Source: Anaerolineae bacterium (GTDB lineage: Bacteria > Chloroflexota > Anaerolineae > JAAYZQ01). Taken from it: DNA of 20,664 bases. The notes below the pieces were generated by a model. It did no database searches and was not told where the DNA came from. It worked only from the letters and a program-made list of their open reading frames with translations. Position 1 is the first letter of the stretch. Every line of letters begins with the position of its first letter. Positions 7,869 through 14,921 of this stretch are shown here, one piece after another. Where the stretch lies: positions 1 to 20,664 of the forward strand of contig JASFOV010000012.1 in NCBI GenBank assembly GCA_050116355.1, given 5' to 3'. Position numbers and translations under genes: made by a program.

Positions 7869-7951
7869 ATACGCAGTTCCTGCTTGATCCACCACTCGCT
7901 TGCACGACGTAGAGACAGCTTGACACCTACCGAAAGGGGTTGGCACAAACC

Positions 7952-9775
7952 ATGCAAGCGTCCAACAGCAATGACCGAATTCAGATACCAACGTGGGCCA
8001 AGATCCTCTATCTACTCTTTGTTGCCCTGGTCGCCCTCATTGCCTACCGGGTCGGGTCGATCTGGTTCGGTCACATTGTTGTCATCCTTTTCCTTCTGCC
8101 GTTGACTTGGACGTTTGCGCCCCGAAGCCGCCGGTTGGTTCGTTTCCTTTTCGTATACATAGTCCTCACCACCCTATTGGCAACAGCATTTTTCCTCTTC
8201 TTGAACGATCCGTATCGCAGTGCAGCCATTGAAGATGCAGGTCTGCTCAACTTTCTGATTGGCGGGCAGGCGGCTCGCGTCATTGTGTCGATCGTGACCG
8301 CTGTCTTGCTCAGCGCCCTTGTGCTGCTCGGTCCCATTCTCTTGCTGGCATGGGTGAGCAGCGAGTGGATCCTGCAGATGCCGGACGTGTACGACATCAG
8401 CCGCTGGCAGGCGATGCGAATGCTGGCTGGCACCATGCTCAATACCACCGCTGCCTACTTTGTGGTCGATGAGGGTGAGATAAAGCAGTCAAAACCCAGT
8501 GGGCTGCTGCCCCGGTTAGGTGGGCCAGGTATGGCCGTGATCAAACCTTACAATGCAGTGGTATTTGAGCGCGGCGGTGAGATCACGCGCATCGAAGGCC
8601 CAGGCGCATACCGGACCGAACGCTTCGAAATGGTCAAGGGCATTGTCGATCTGCGGAAGCAATGGCTCAACTTCACGGCTGAAAACGTCCTAACCAAAGA
8701 CAATGTGCCGCTCACTTTCCACTGTGGCGTCGGCTTCCAAATCGAGCCACAATGGGAGACTGCGCGGCGAGTAGAGGCACCTGGTGAGAGCCGCGAAGGC
8801 CGGAAATTCACCGGGATCATCGACGGCGACTATGCGGTTTATCGGCGCACCATCTACCGGGCGGTTTACAATACGACGGCCGGTGGTTGGAGACTGTCCA
8901 GCCAAGGGGCAACCGAGACCCAACTACGAAAGATCATGCGCCAGTACCGCCTCGAGGATCTGTACCGCTTAGAGGATGACCAACTCAAGCAAGATGCCCC
9001 GGTCATCAACACCATCGAAGAACAGGTGCGGGACAACACAGGCACCATCCTTCACACATGGGGTGCAACGCTATCCACATTTTCGATCAAGAGCTTTGAG
9101 GCCCCAGAAGATGTCAAGGACAGGCTGCTCGAAATGTGGGCGGCGCGCTACGCAAGCCGGAGGCAAATCATTGACGCCGAAGGCAGCCGGGATGCGGATC
9201 TCACCAGGTGGCAAGCACAGGAAGAGATTACCATCCGAGAAGCCAGGGCAGATGGGCAAGCCGAACTCACGCGGTTGATGGCCGAGACGGAGAAGCATAT
9301 CCAATTGGCCAACGCCGAGCGATTGGCCCTTGAGTCCAAAGCGGCTGGGGAGAGCCAGGCCATCCGGGAAAAACGCCGAGCGGAGAGTGAAGTTGAGGCA
9401 GAACGGATCCAGGCCGAGGCTGAAGCCAGACGAAGGGCAGCCGAATTGCGATTGGATAGCGCCCGAGCGGAGGCACAGGTCAAGGCATGGGCCCGCCGGC
9501 TGGAGGGAGACGCCGAAGCACAAGCCCGAGCCGAAATGTTCCGGCAGATCTTAAACGTCCTCTATAGCCGCGACGAGCACCCCGAGATTGACGAGCGCAC
9601 AATCTCTCAGATCGCCGAGAACCTGGCGACAAGAGTCGGGCTGGAGGAAGCAATGCGGTACCTGGCCGCGGTATCTGGGCGACGAGACAAGGGCCTGCTT
9701 TCAGCCGGCAGCGACAAATCATCAGAGGACGCATCCGACGACAACCCCGGCGAACAGGCCGGCCCACGGAGCTAG
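7952..9775 (+). CDS. SPFH/Band-7 (flotillin/stomatin-like) membrane protein with about 4 N-terminal TM helices and a long Ala/Glu/Arg-rich coiled-coil C-terminus.
   Basis: TM helices lie within residues ~20-140. The SPFH-like core is GPGMAVIKPYNAVVFERGGEITRIEGPGAYR...TKDNVPLTFHCGVGFQI. The coiled coil is EAERIQAEAEARRRAAELRLDSARAEAQVKAW.... The ATG at 7952 is in frame with the track ORF 7940..9775, whose first codon is TTG. Confidence 0.75.
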   Translation: MQASNSNDRIQIPTWAKILYLLFVALVALIAYRVGSIWFGHIVVILFLLPLTWTFAPRSRRLVRFLFVYIVLTTLLATAFFLFLNDPYRSAAIEDAGLLNFLIGGQAARVIVSIVTAVLLSALVLLGPILLLAWVSSEWILQMPDVYDISRWQAMRMLAGTMLNTTAAYFVVDEGEIKQSKPSGLLPRLGGPGMAVIKPYNAVVFERGGEITRIEGPGAYRTERFEMVKGIVDLRKQWLNFTAENVLTKDNVPLTFHCGVGFQIEPQWETARRVEAPGESREGRKFTGIIDGDYAVYRRTIYRAVYNTTAGGWRLSSQGATETQLRKIMRQYRLEDLYRLEDDQLKQDAPVINTIEEQVRDNTGTILHTWGATLSTFSIKSFEAPEDVKDRLLEMWAARYASRRQIIDAEGSRDADLTRWQAQEEITIREARADGQAELTRLMAETEKHIQLANAERLALESKAAGESQAIREKRRAESEVEAERIQAEAEARRRAAELRLDSARAEAQVKAWARRLEGDAEAQARAEMFRQILNVLYSRDEHPEIDERTISQIAENLATRVGLEEAMRYLAAVSGRRDKGLLSAGSDKSSEDASDDNPGEQAGPRS

Positions 9776-10025
9776 ACAGATTGCCCTCGTTTACCGCTTC
9801 TGTGTTCGGACTGCAATTCGTGTCAAGATGCACCACAGTTTTTTTGGGCTACTCCTTTGCAGAGCGCTCGAACATCGGCATTCGCAGGTGGCTCATAGAA
9901 GGATTTCTGAGGACGGGATTGGAGATGCAAGGATCTGGTGCCGGAGCGCTCCCGGCATACCAGTCTAGGAAGAAGGTGGATCCGGCATCTGTCCAGAGCC
10001 GCCCCGATGCCAAAGGCGGGTAGAG

Positions 10026-11480
10026 ATGGAATGCGTTTCGTGCAAACAACCGATCCCGCTGGACACCCAGTATTGTCCACGGTGTGGGGCAGACAACACG
10101 GAGTGGCAGCGGCTACAGCAGCGGTCTGGACTGGGACAATGGCTTGACTTTTTCGACAGCACAGTCTGGGCCCATATCTTCTGGATTGTGGTGCTGGGAG
10201 CCGCGTTGCTCATGCTGACCGCGGCCTTCTTTGCAGTGCAAAGCGGTCTCTTCTGGTTCTTGGGAGCTCTGCTGGCTGTGAGTCTATGCACCGCCTTCTA
10301 CTTGCTCGCTTTCGGCTGGCGTTGGAGCATCCGCGAGTACGAGTGGCTCCGGAAGCAGATGGCTCGTTGGAGGCCCCCAGTGCGAAGCTTGGTCGTCGTG
10401 AGCTTCCTTTTGGGTACTCTCTTGCTGCCAGTAGCTGCCTTGCTGCCTGGCCCCGTATCCGCTACGCCCGCAGCCGCCGCCTCAGACCTGCCACCCGTGC
10501 CGGAAGGTCAAAACGGTCCTACGGCAACCTTCACACCACGTCCCACTTCCACCTTCACGCCAGCTCCCATCCGTCAAAGAGAACCAGAACCTGATCCGCC
10601 CATCACTGCCACCCCACCGCCAGATGGAAAGGGCGCGCTTCCGTCAAGCATGACGGAGCCTTGGCTTCTATCAGCGGCTTCGGCTGCGGTGTGGCCGGTC
10701 TCGGCGCTGCTGGCGCCGAGCCAAAACCAGGAGATGGCGGTGCAGCCCCAGGGCACGGCCTTAGACCTGGGAAACCGGCTGGCTCCAGTACTGCTGGGGA
10801 TTGCACTGGGTCTCTACGGCCTGGGATTCGGCTTGGCAGCCGACTTGAGCTTTGCGAGCTGGTTGAATCGGCGGCTACCCCGTCCGATCTTTGCCGATCG
10901 CAGCCGGCTGGCCCGAGTCCTCCGTCGCGAGGCGGAATTCCTGCTGCGTTCGGGGCAAAAGGAGCGGAATTGGGGGACCCAACGCCGCTACGAGCGCTTT
11001 GAGCATGATCAGGACCAATTCGAAATCACTCAGGAGCAGATCCGGGAGTTCTACCGGTCTATGCCACCTGAAGACTTGTCCTCGGCAAGCTGGCTATTGC
11101 CAGAGGGTCAGGAAAACGTCCACGTCAAGTTCACAAACCAGGCACCAGGCGAAGCCAGGGATTCATGGGAGATTTGGGAGAACCGGCCCGCCATGGAGGT
11201 TCAGATCGAGGCGATGGAGCGCACCGACGATGGTGGAATGCGCATCCAGATCGCTGTCTTGGCCGACGACGTGGAGAAGGCAATGCGCCAGGACGGGGAT
11301 ACGGTTCACCTGCGGCTCCGGGGACTGAGCCACTACGAACTAACAGCAGACCTCTGGGGCTGGCCCACGGAACTGAGCGAAACCGATGACTACCGGCTCG
11401 TACAAGTCGTCAGACGGGACGTATCGGTCATTGATCCGCCGGAAGCGATCCCCCTGCCCAAGCTGGAGGAAGCCGAGTGA
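10026..11480 (+). CDS. Zinc-ribbon (CxxC-x10-CxxC) membrane protein with about 5 TM helices, a Pro/Thr-rich linker and a C-terminal soluble domain of about 200 aa with no family I can name.
   Basis: N-terminus MECVSCKQPIPLDTQYCPRCG. Hydrophobic helices follow. Linker TFTPRPTSTFTPAPI...PPITATPPPDG. 484 aa. The stop is 4 nt before the psuK ATG. Confidence 0.65.
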   Translation: MECVSCKQPIPLDTQYCPRCGADNTEWQRLQQRSGLGQWLDFFDSTVWAHIFWIVVLGAALLMLTAAFFAVQSGLFWFLGALLAVSLCTAFYLLAFGWRWSIREYEWLRKQMARWRPPVRSLVVVSFLLGTLLLPVAALLPGPVSATPAAAASDLPPVPEGQNGPTATFTPRPTSTFTPAPIRQREPEPDPPITATPPPDGKGALPSSMTEPWLLSAASAAVWPVSALLAPSQNQEMAVQPQGTALDLGNRLAPVLLGIALGLYGLGFGLAADLSFASWLNRRLPRPIFADRSRLARVLRREAEFLLRSGQKERNWGTQRRYERFEHDQDQFEITQEQIREFYRSMPPEDLSSASWLLPEGQENVHVKFTNQAPGEARDSWEIWENRPAMEVQIEAMERTDDGGMRIQIAVLADDVEKAMRQDGDTVHLRLRGLSHYELTADLWGWPTELSETDDYRLVQVVRRDVSVIDPPEAIPLPKLEEAE

Positions 11481-11484
11481 GACC

Positions 11485-12408
11485 ATGAGCCATATACTTG
11501 TCATCGGCGCGGCGAGCATCGACACGAAGGGTCGCGCTGACCAGCCATTCCAACGCGGTACTTCGACTCCGGGCGCTATCCGTGTCAGCGTTGGTGGAGT
11601 CGGTCGCAATGTCGCCGAGAACCTGGTACGGTTGGGAGAGACCGTGGTTCTGGTGTCAGCCGTAGGTGACGACGGATCCGGACGCCGTATTCTCAACCAG
11701 GCGGACGAGTGCGGGATCGACATGAGCCACGTCATCGTGGCTCATGAGCACCGCACGGCCGCCTATCTCGCCGTTCTGGACGAGACGGGCAATACGGTCA
11801 TGTCGGTCGACGATATGTCCATCAACCGCGAAGTGATTACGCCGGTGTACATCTACCATCGTCGTGCTCTCTTTCGTGACGCCCAGATGGTAGTCGTCGA
11901 CGCCAATCTGTCACCTTCCACGCTGCGCACCATCTTTGCCCAAGCCGAAAAATACGACGTGCCGATCTGCGCCGATCCAACGACAGCAACACTAGCGCCA
12001 CGCCTCAAGCCCTACCTCTGCCAGCTGGCACTAGTCGCGCCCAACGCCGCTGAGGCCGAAGCCCTATGCGGGGTGCAGGTCACCGACCGGGAGAGCGCGT
12101 TGGACGCAGCCCAGAGATTGGCTGGTTTGGGCGCCCGCCTGGCCATCGTCACCTTGGGTGCCACAGGGCTCGTCTATGCCACCTCGCACGAAAGCGGACA
12201 CGTACCAGCCATTGAGGTCGAGGTCGTAGATCTCACAGGCGCCGGGGACGCCTTGACAGCCGGCGTGGTGTTCGGCTTGCTGAACGAGTTCCCCACTGAC
12301 GAGGCTGTCCGGCTGGGAGCATCGGCAGCCGCACTCACACTGCATAGTCGCGAGACGGTTTGCCCAACCTTGAGCCTTGAGCGCCTATACGATCAACTGA
12401 GGTTCTGA
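11485..12408 (+). CDS. psuK: Pseudouridine kinase (PfkB family).
   Basis: PfkB signature VDLTGAGDALTAGVVFGL. About 307 aa. Sits immediately upstream of psuG. The ATG at 11485 is in frame with track ORF 11386..12408. Confidence 0.75.
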   Translation: MSHILVIGAASIDTKGRADQPFQRGTSTPGAIRVSVGGVGRNVAENLVRLGETVVLVSAVGDDGSGRRILNQADECGIDMSHVIVAHEHRTAAYLAVLDETGNTVMSVDDMSINREVITPVYIYHRRALFRDAQMVVVDANLSPSTLRTIFAQAEKYDVPICADPTTATLAPRLKPYLCQLALVAPNAAEAEALCGVQVTDRESALDAAQRLAGLGARLAIVTLGATGLVYATSHESGHVPAIEVEVVDLTGAGDALTAGVVFGLLNEFPTDEAVRLGASAAALTLHSRETVCPTLSLERLYDQLRF

Positions 12409-12418
12409 CCGAGAGCAT

Positions 12419-13339
12419 ATGACACGACCCATGCACCTGAGCAGCGAGATCCAAGCTGCCCAGGACAGTAACCTACCCATCGTCGCCCTGGAATCGACTG
12501 TCATTGCCCATGGCTTGCCCTACCCCACCAACCTGGACACAGCACGCCGGATGGAAGCCATCGTGCGGGAGAATCAAGCCGTGCCGGCCACGATTGCAGT
12601 GCTACAAGGACAGCTGCGAGTTGGCCTTTCCGCGGATGAACTGGAACATCTGGCCCGAGACTCCAACATCCGGAAAGCCAGCCGGCGGGATCTACCCATT
12701 TTGGTCGCCGAGAAAGGGGATGGGGCAACAACTGTTGCCGCCACAGCGACCATTGCCGCCTGGGCAGGGATCGAGGTCTTTGCCACTGGTGGCATCGGTG
12801 GCGTACACCGGGATCCCCCCTTTGACATCTCCAATGACCTGCCGACTTTGGCTCAGGTGCCAGTCACGGTTGTATGTTCTGGCGCCAAGTCTATCCTGAA
12901 CCTGCGAGCAACTCTGGAGTGGCTGGAGACAGCCGGCGTCCCCATTGTTGGCTTTGGTACAGACGAGTTTCCAGCCTTCTACTCCCGAAGCAGCGGTCAC
13001 AAGGTTGACGTCCGGGCGGACACCCCAGACCAGGTGGCGAACCTGGTGCACAGCCAGCGCCAGCTGGGCTTGGGCGGTGGTCTACTCGTGACTGTGCCTG
13101 TCCCAGCATCAGCCGCCCTGTCCAATGAGTACCTGGAAGCGAGCATCACGGCAGCACTGCAGATGGCACAGAAGGAAGGCATAACCGGCAGCGCCACCAC
13201 ACCATTCTTGCTGGATTGGATCGTGGATCAGACCCAGGGCGCAAGCTTGAAGGCCAATGTGGCCTTGCTGGAAAACAACGCCAAGGTTGGCGCACAGGTC
13301 GCCATGGCGGTACAGCAACTCAAAACACAAGGAACCTAG
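12419..13339 (+). CDS. psuG: Pseudouridine-5'-phosphate glycosidase (YeiN/IndA-like).
   Basis: N-terminal LESTVIAHGLPYP. TGGIGGVHRD. 306 aa. Confidence 0.85.
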   Translation: MTRPMHLSSEIQAAQDSNLPIVALESTVIAHGLPYPTNLDTARRMEAIVRENQAVPATIAVLQGQLRVGLSADELEHLARDSNIRKASRRDLPILVAEKGDGATTVAATATIAAWAGIEVFATGGIGGVHRDPPFDISNDLPTLAQVPVTVVCSGAKSILNLRATLEWLETAGVPIVGFGTDEFPAFYSRSSGHKVDVRADTPDQVANLVHSQRQLGLGGGLLVTVPVPASAALSNEYLEASITAALQMAQKEGITGSATTPFLLDWIVDQTQGASLKANVALLENNAKVGAQVAMAVQQLKTQGT

Positions 13340-13342
13340 TTC

Positions 13343-14026
13343 ATGACCTGGAAGCCAGACTATACAGCGCTCATCGTGTCGTACGCTTATGTTTTCTCGG
13401 TTATCGGTGTAGCCGAACTATTGCGGCGGCTGGGCAAGCGTCCCCAGGAATTCACGCGCAAGTTCATCCATATTGGCGTGGGCATGTGGGTCGTGGGCAC
13501 AGTGTTCCTGTTCGAGACTTGGTACCTGGCCCTCATCCCGCCGATCTCCTTCATCGTCATCAATGCACTTTCCTATTGGCGCGGCACCTTCCAGGCAATG
13601 GAAGGCGGCGACAGAGGCAATCTGGGTACCGTCTACTTCCCTCTATCGTTTGCAGTGCTCATCTATTGCTTCTGGAGCCAGCCAGTCCTCATGGTGGCCA
13701 GTCTGATGCCCCTAACCTGGGGGGATGCTATGGCAGGTCTGGTAGGAAAGCGGTACGGCCACTACCGCTATACCATCGCCGGGCGATCCCGCTCCGTGGA
13801 AGGATCGGTCGCCATGCTGTTTTGGAGCTGGATCACGACCTCCCTGGCGCTATTCATCATGCCATACCTGCTGGGCAAGCCACTCATAAACTGGCTGCTA
13901 GCCCTGATCTATGGTGGGGCCATCGCAGTGGTCTGCACGCTGGTCGAGGCCCTCACGCCCTGGGGGCTGGACAACTTGACCATCCCGGCTGCCACCTGGT
14001 TGCTCCTGGACTTGCTGCGGAATTGA
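13343..14026 (+). CDS. CTP-dependent polyprenol/diacylglycerol kinase-like integral membrane protein (CdsA / dolichol kinase / phytol kinase superfamily).
   Basis: 6-7 TM helices. C-terminal motif WGDAMAGLVGKRYGHYRYTIAGRSRSVEGSVAMLF (GD..A..G...G.....KS.EGS pattern). Starts 3 nt after the psuG stop. Confidence 0.65.
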   Translation: MTWKPDYTALIVSYAYVFSVIGVAELLRRLGKRPQEFTRKFIHIGVGMWVVGTVFLFETWYLALIPPISFIVINALSYWRGTFQAMEGGDRGNLGTVYFPLSFAVLIYCFWSQPVLMVASLMPLTWGDAMAGLVGKRYGHYRYTIAGRSRSVEGSVAMLFWSWITTSLALFIMPYLLGKPLINWLLALIYGGAIAVVCTLVEALTPWGLDNLTIPAATWLLLDLLRN

Positions 14027-14217
14027 GGGCAATCCCACCCAACTTCACTTCGACTGCTGATGCCACTGGTGCGTGGCGGCCTACTTGCCCCTGGATCAAG
14101 GCTGGGCCTTGATGATCATCGATCACCAAAAGGAGGCGAAGGGACCAGCTACAGAATCGTCCCGTAGCTGACGACCAACCATCCGCCAAACAACTGTGCA
14201 AAGCCACCTCTCAGCTT

Positions 14218-14246
14218 TTGACGGCAGCGCCAAAGTGTGGTATAGT
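14218..14246 (+). promoter_or_regulatory. Promoter of the dksA/traR-like gene: TTGACG, 17 nt, extended -10 TGgTATAGT.
   Basis: TTGACG at 14218-14223, a 17-nt spacer, TG at 14238-14239 and TATAGT at 14241-14246. The ATG at 14302 has GGGAGG 6 nt upstream. Confidence 0.55.
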
Positions 14247-14301
14247 CCTGCATCAACTCAGTTCCCAAACCATTCAGTCTCAGACATCCGGGAGGACAGC
14301 A

Positions 14302-14664
14302 ATGACTGCCGTGACAACACATGCTGAGTCCAACACTGCAAGGTTACAGCAAGAACGCCAGGAGACAGTCGAAAAACTTGAGCGATTGAACAGTGAGCTG
14401 CGGGCGCTGGCTGAACCAAGTGCTGATGAGGGAGATACCGATGCCTACGAGCGGGAAAAGGTGTTGGCTCTGGTGCACAGTCTGAAACGCAAGTTAGAGT
14501 CTCTCGACCATGCACTGGAGATGGCCAAGAAGGGTACCTACGGTATCTGCGAAAGCTGCGGTGACCGCATTGACCGCGCCCGTTTGGAGATTCTGCCGCA
14601 GGCGACTCTGTGCCTGAAGTGCCAGCGTGTCTACGAACGACGCAACAAGCGAGGCCGGTGGTAG
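14302..14664 (+). CDS. DksA/TraR-family C4-type zinc-finger protein (YteA / general stress protein 16O-like).
   Basis: CESCGDRIDRARLEILPQATLCLKCQ zinc finger with an N-terminal coiled coil. 120 aa. The track ORF 14218..14664 begins at a TTG inside the promoter, so I prefer the ATG at 14302, which has a Shine-Dalgarno site. Confidence 0.75.
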   Translation: MTAVTTHAESNTARLQQERQETVEKLERLNSELRALAEPSADEGDTDAYEREKVLALVHSLKRKLESLDHALEMAKKGTYGICESCGDRIDRARLEILPQATLCLKCQRVYERRNKRGRW

Positions 14665-14699
14665 GTTGGCCCAGCCGAGTGTCTAGGGTCCATCACCCT

Positions 14700-14728
14700 T
14701 TGACAAAGCAGAATCGCTGTGCTATAAT
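14700..14728 (+). promoter_or_regulatory. Consensus sigma70 promoter: TTGACA, 17 nt, TGcTATAAT.
   Basis: TTGACA at 14700-14705, a 17-nt spacer, TG at 14720-14721 and TATAAT at 14723-14728. It is rare to see all of these consensus elements together in a high-G+C genome. Confidence 0.65.
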
Positions 14729-14734
14729 TTTTCT

Positions 14735-14837
14735 ACTCTGAGCGTGGCTTGGTTTCGAAGCAGAAACTGCCTAGACAAGCATGAGGATACAAAAAGCGGT
14801 GCAGGAAACGCCAGGCTCACCGGCCTGGCGTTTTTTT
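14735..14837 (+). ncRNA. Candidate ~100-nt small RNA or transcription-attenuator leader upstream of PFOR. Unclassified.
   Basis: The region is bounded by the consensus promoter (transcription start about 14735) and a strong intrinsic terminator ending at 14837. It has no credible ORF: the only one is 24 codons with no Shine-Dalgarno site. A 5' hairpin is possible at 14746-14771. Positions 14739-14748 (UGAGCGUGGC) are complementary in 9 of 10 positions to the terminator left arm at 14810-14819 (GCCAGGCUCA). Confidence 0.4.
14809..14837 (+). terminator. Rho-independent terminator: 8-bp G+C stem CGCCAGGC/GCCUGGCG, 6-nt loop, U7.
   Basis: cgccaggc at 14809-14816, tcaccg at 14817-14822, gcctggcg at 14823-14830, then ttttttt at 14831-14837. 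Confidence 0.75.
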
Positions 14838-14921
14838 CGCGAGTACGGTCTCTAGTAGCATCAGGTCACTACACTATGGTCACACTGATTCACAATGCAC
14901 ATACCAAATCAGGGGGTTTCA

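Noticed and set aside
9800-9846. T7 run at 9838-9844 after the SPFH stop, a possible terminator.
   Set aside because: The upstream pairing (CTGTG...CACAG) is weak, only 5 bp around a 29-nt loop. It is not convincing as an intrinsic terminator.
10527-10572. Tandem direct repeat of about 22 nt (accttcacaccacgtcccacttcc / accttcacgccagctcccatcc).
   Set aside because: It lies inside the zinc-ribbon protein CDS and encodes the Pro/Thr linker TFTPRPTSTFTPAP. It is not a CRISPR array or a non-coding VNTR.
13216-14112. + strand ORF of 298 aa.
   Set aside because: It is an alternative frame across psuG and the CdsA-like gene, His/Arg/Gly-rich, with no motifs.
14781-14855. 24-codon ORF (MRIQKAVQETPGSPAWRFFREYGL) inside the candidate sRNA.
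   Set aside because: It has no Shine-Dalgarno site and runs through the terminator stem. I treat it as unlikely to be a leader peptide, though that is not excluded.
14878-14901. GGTCACACTGATTCACAATGCACA upstream of nifJ, resembling a Rex box (TTGTGAA-N4-TTCACAA).
   Set aside because: The TCACA half-sites are direct repeats, not inverted, so it does not fit the Rex operator. It is unassigned.
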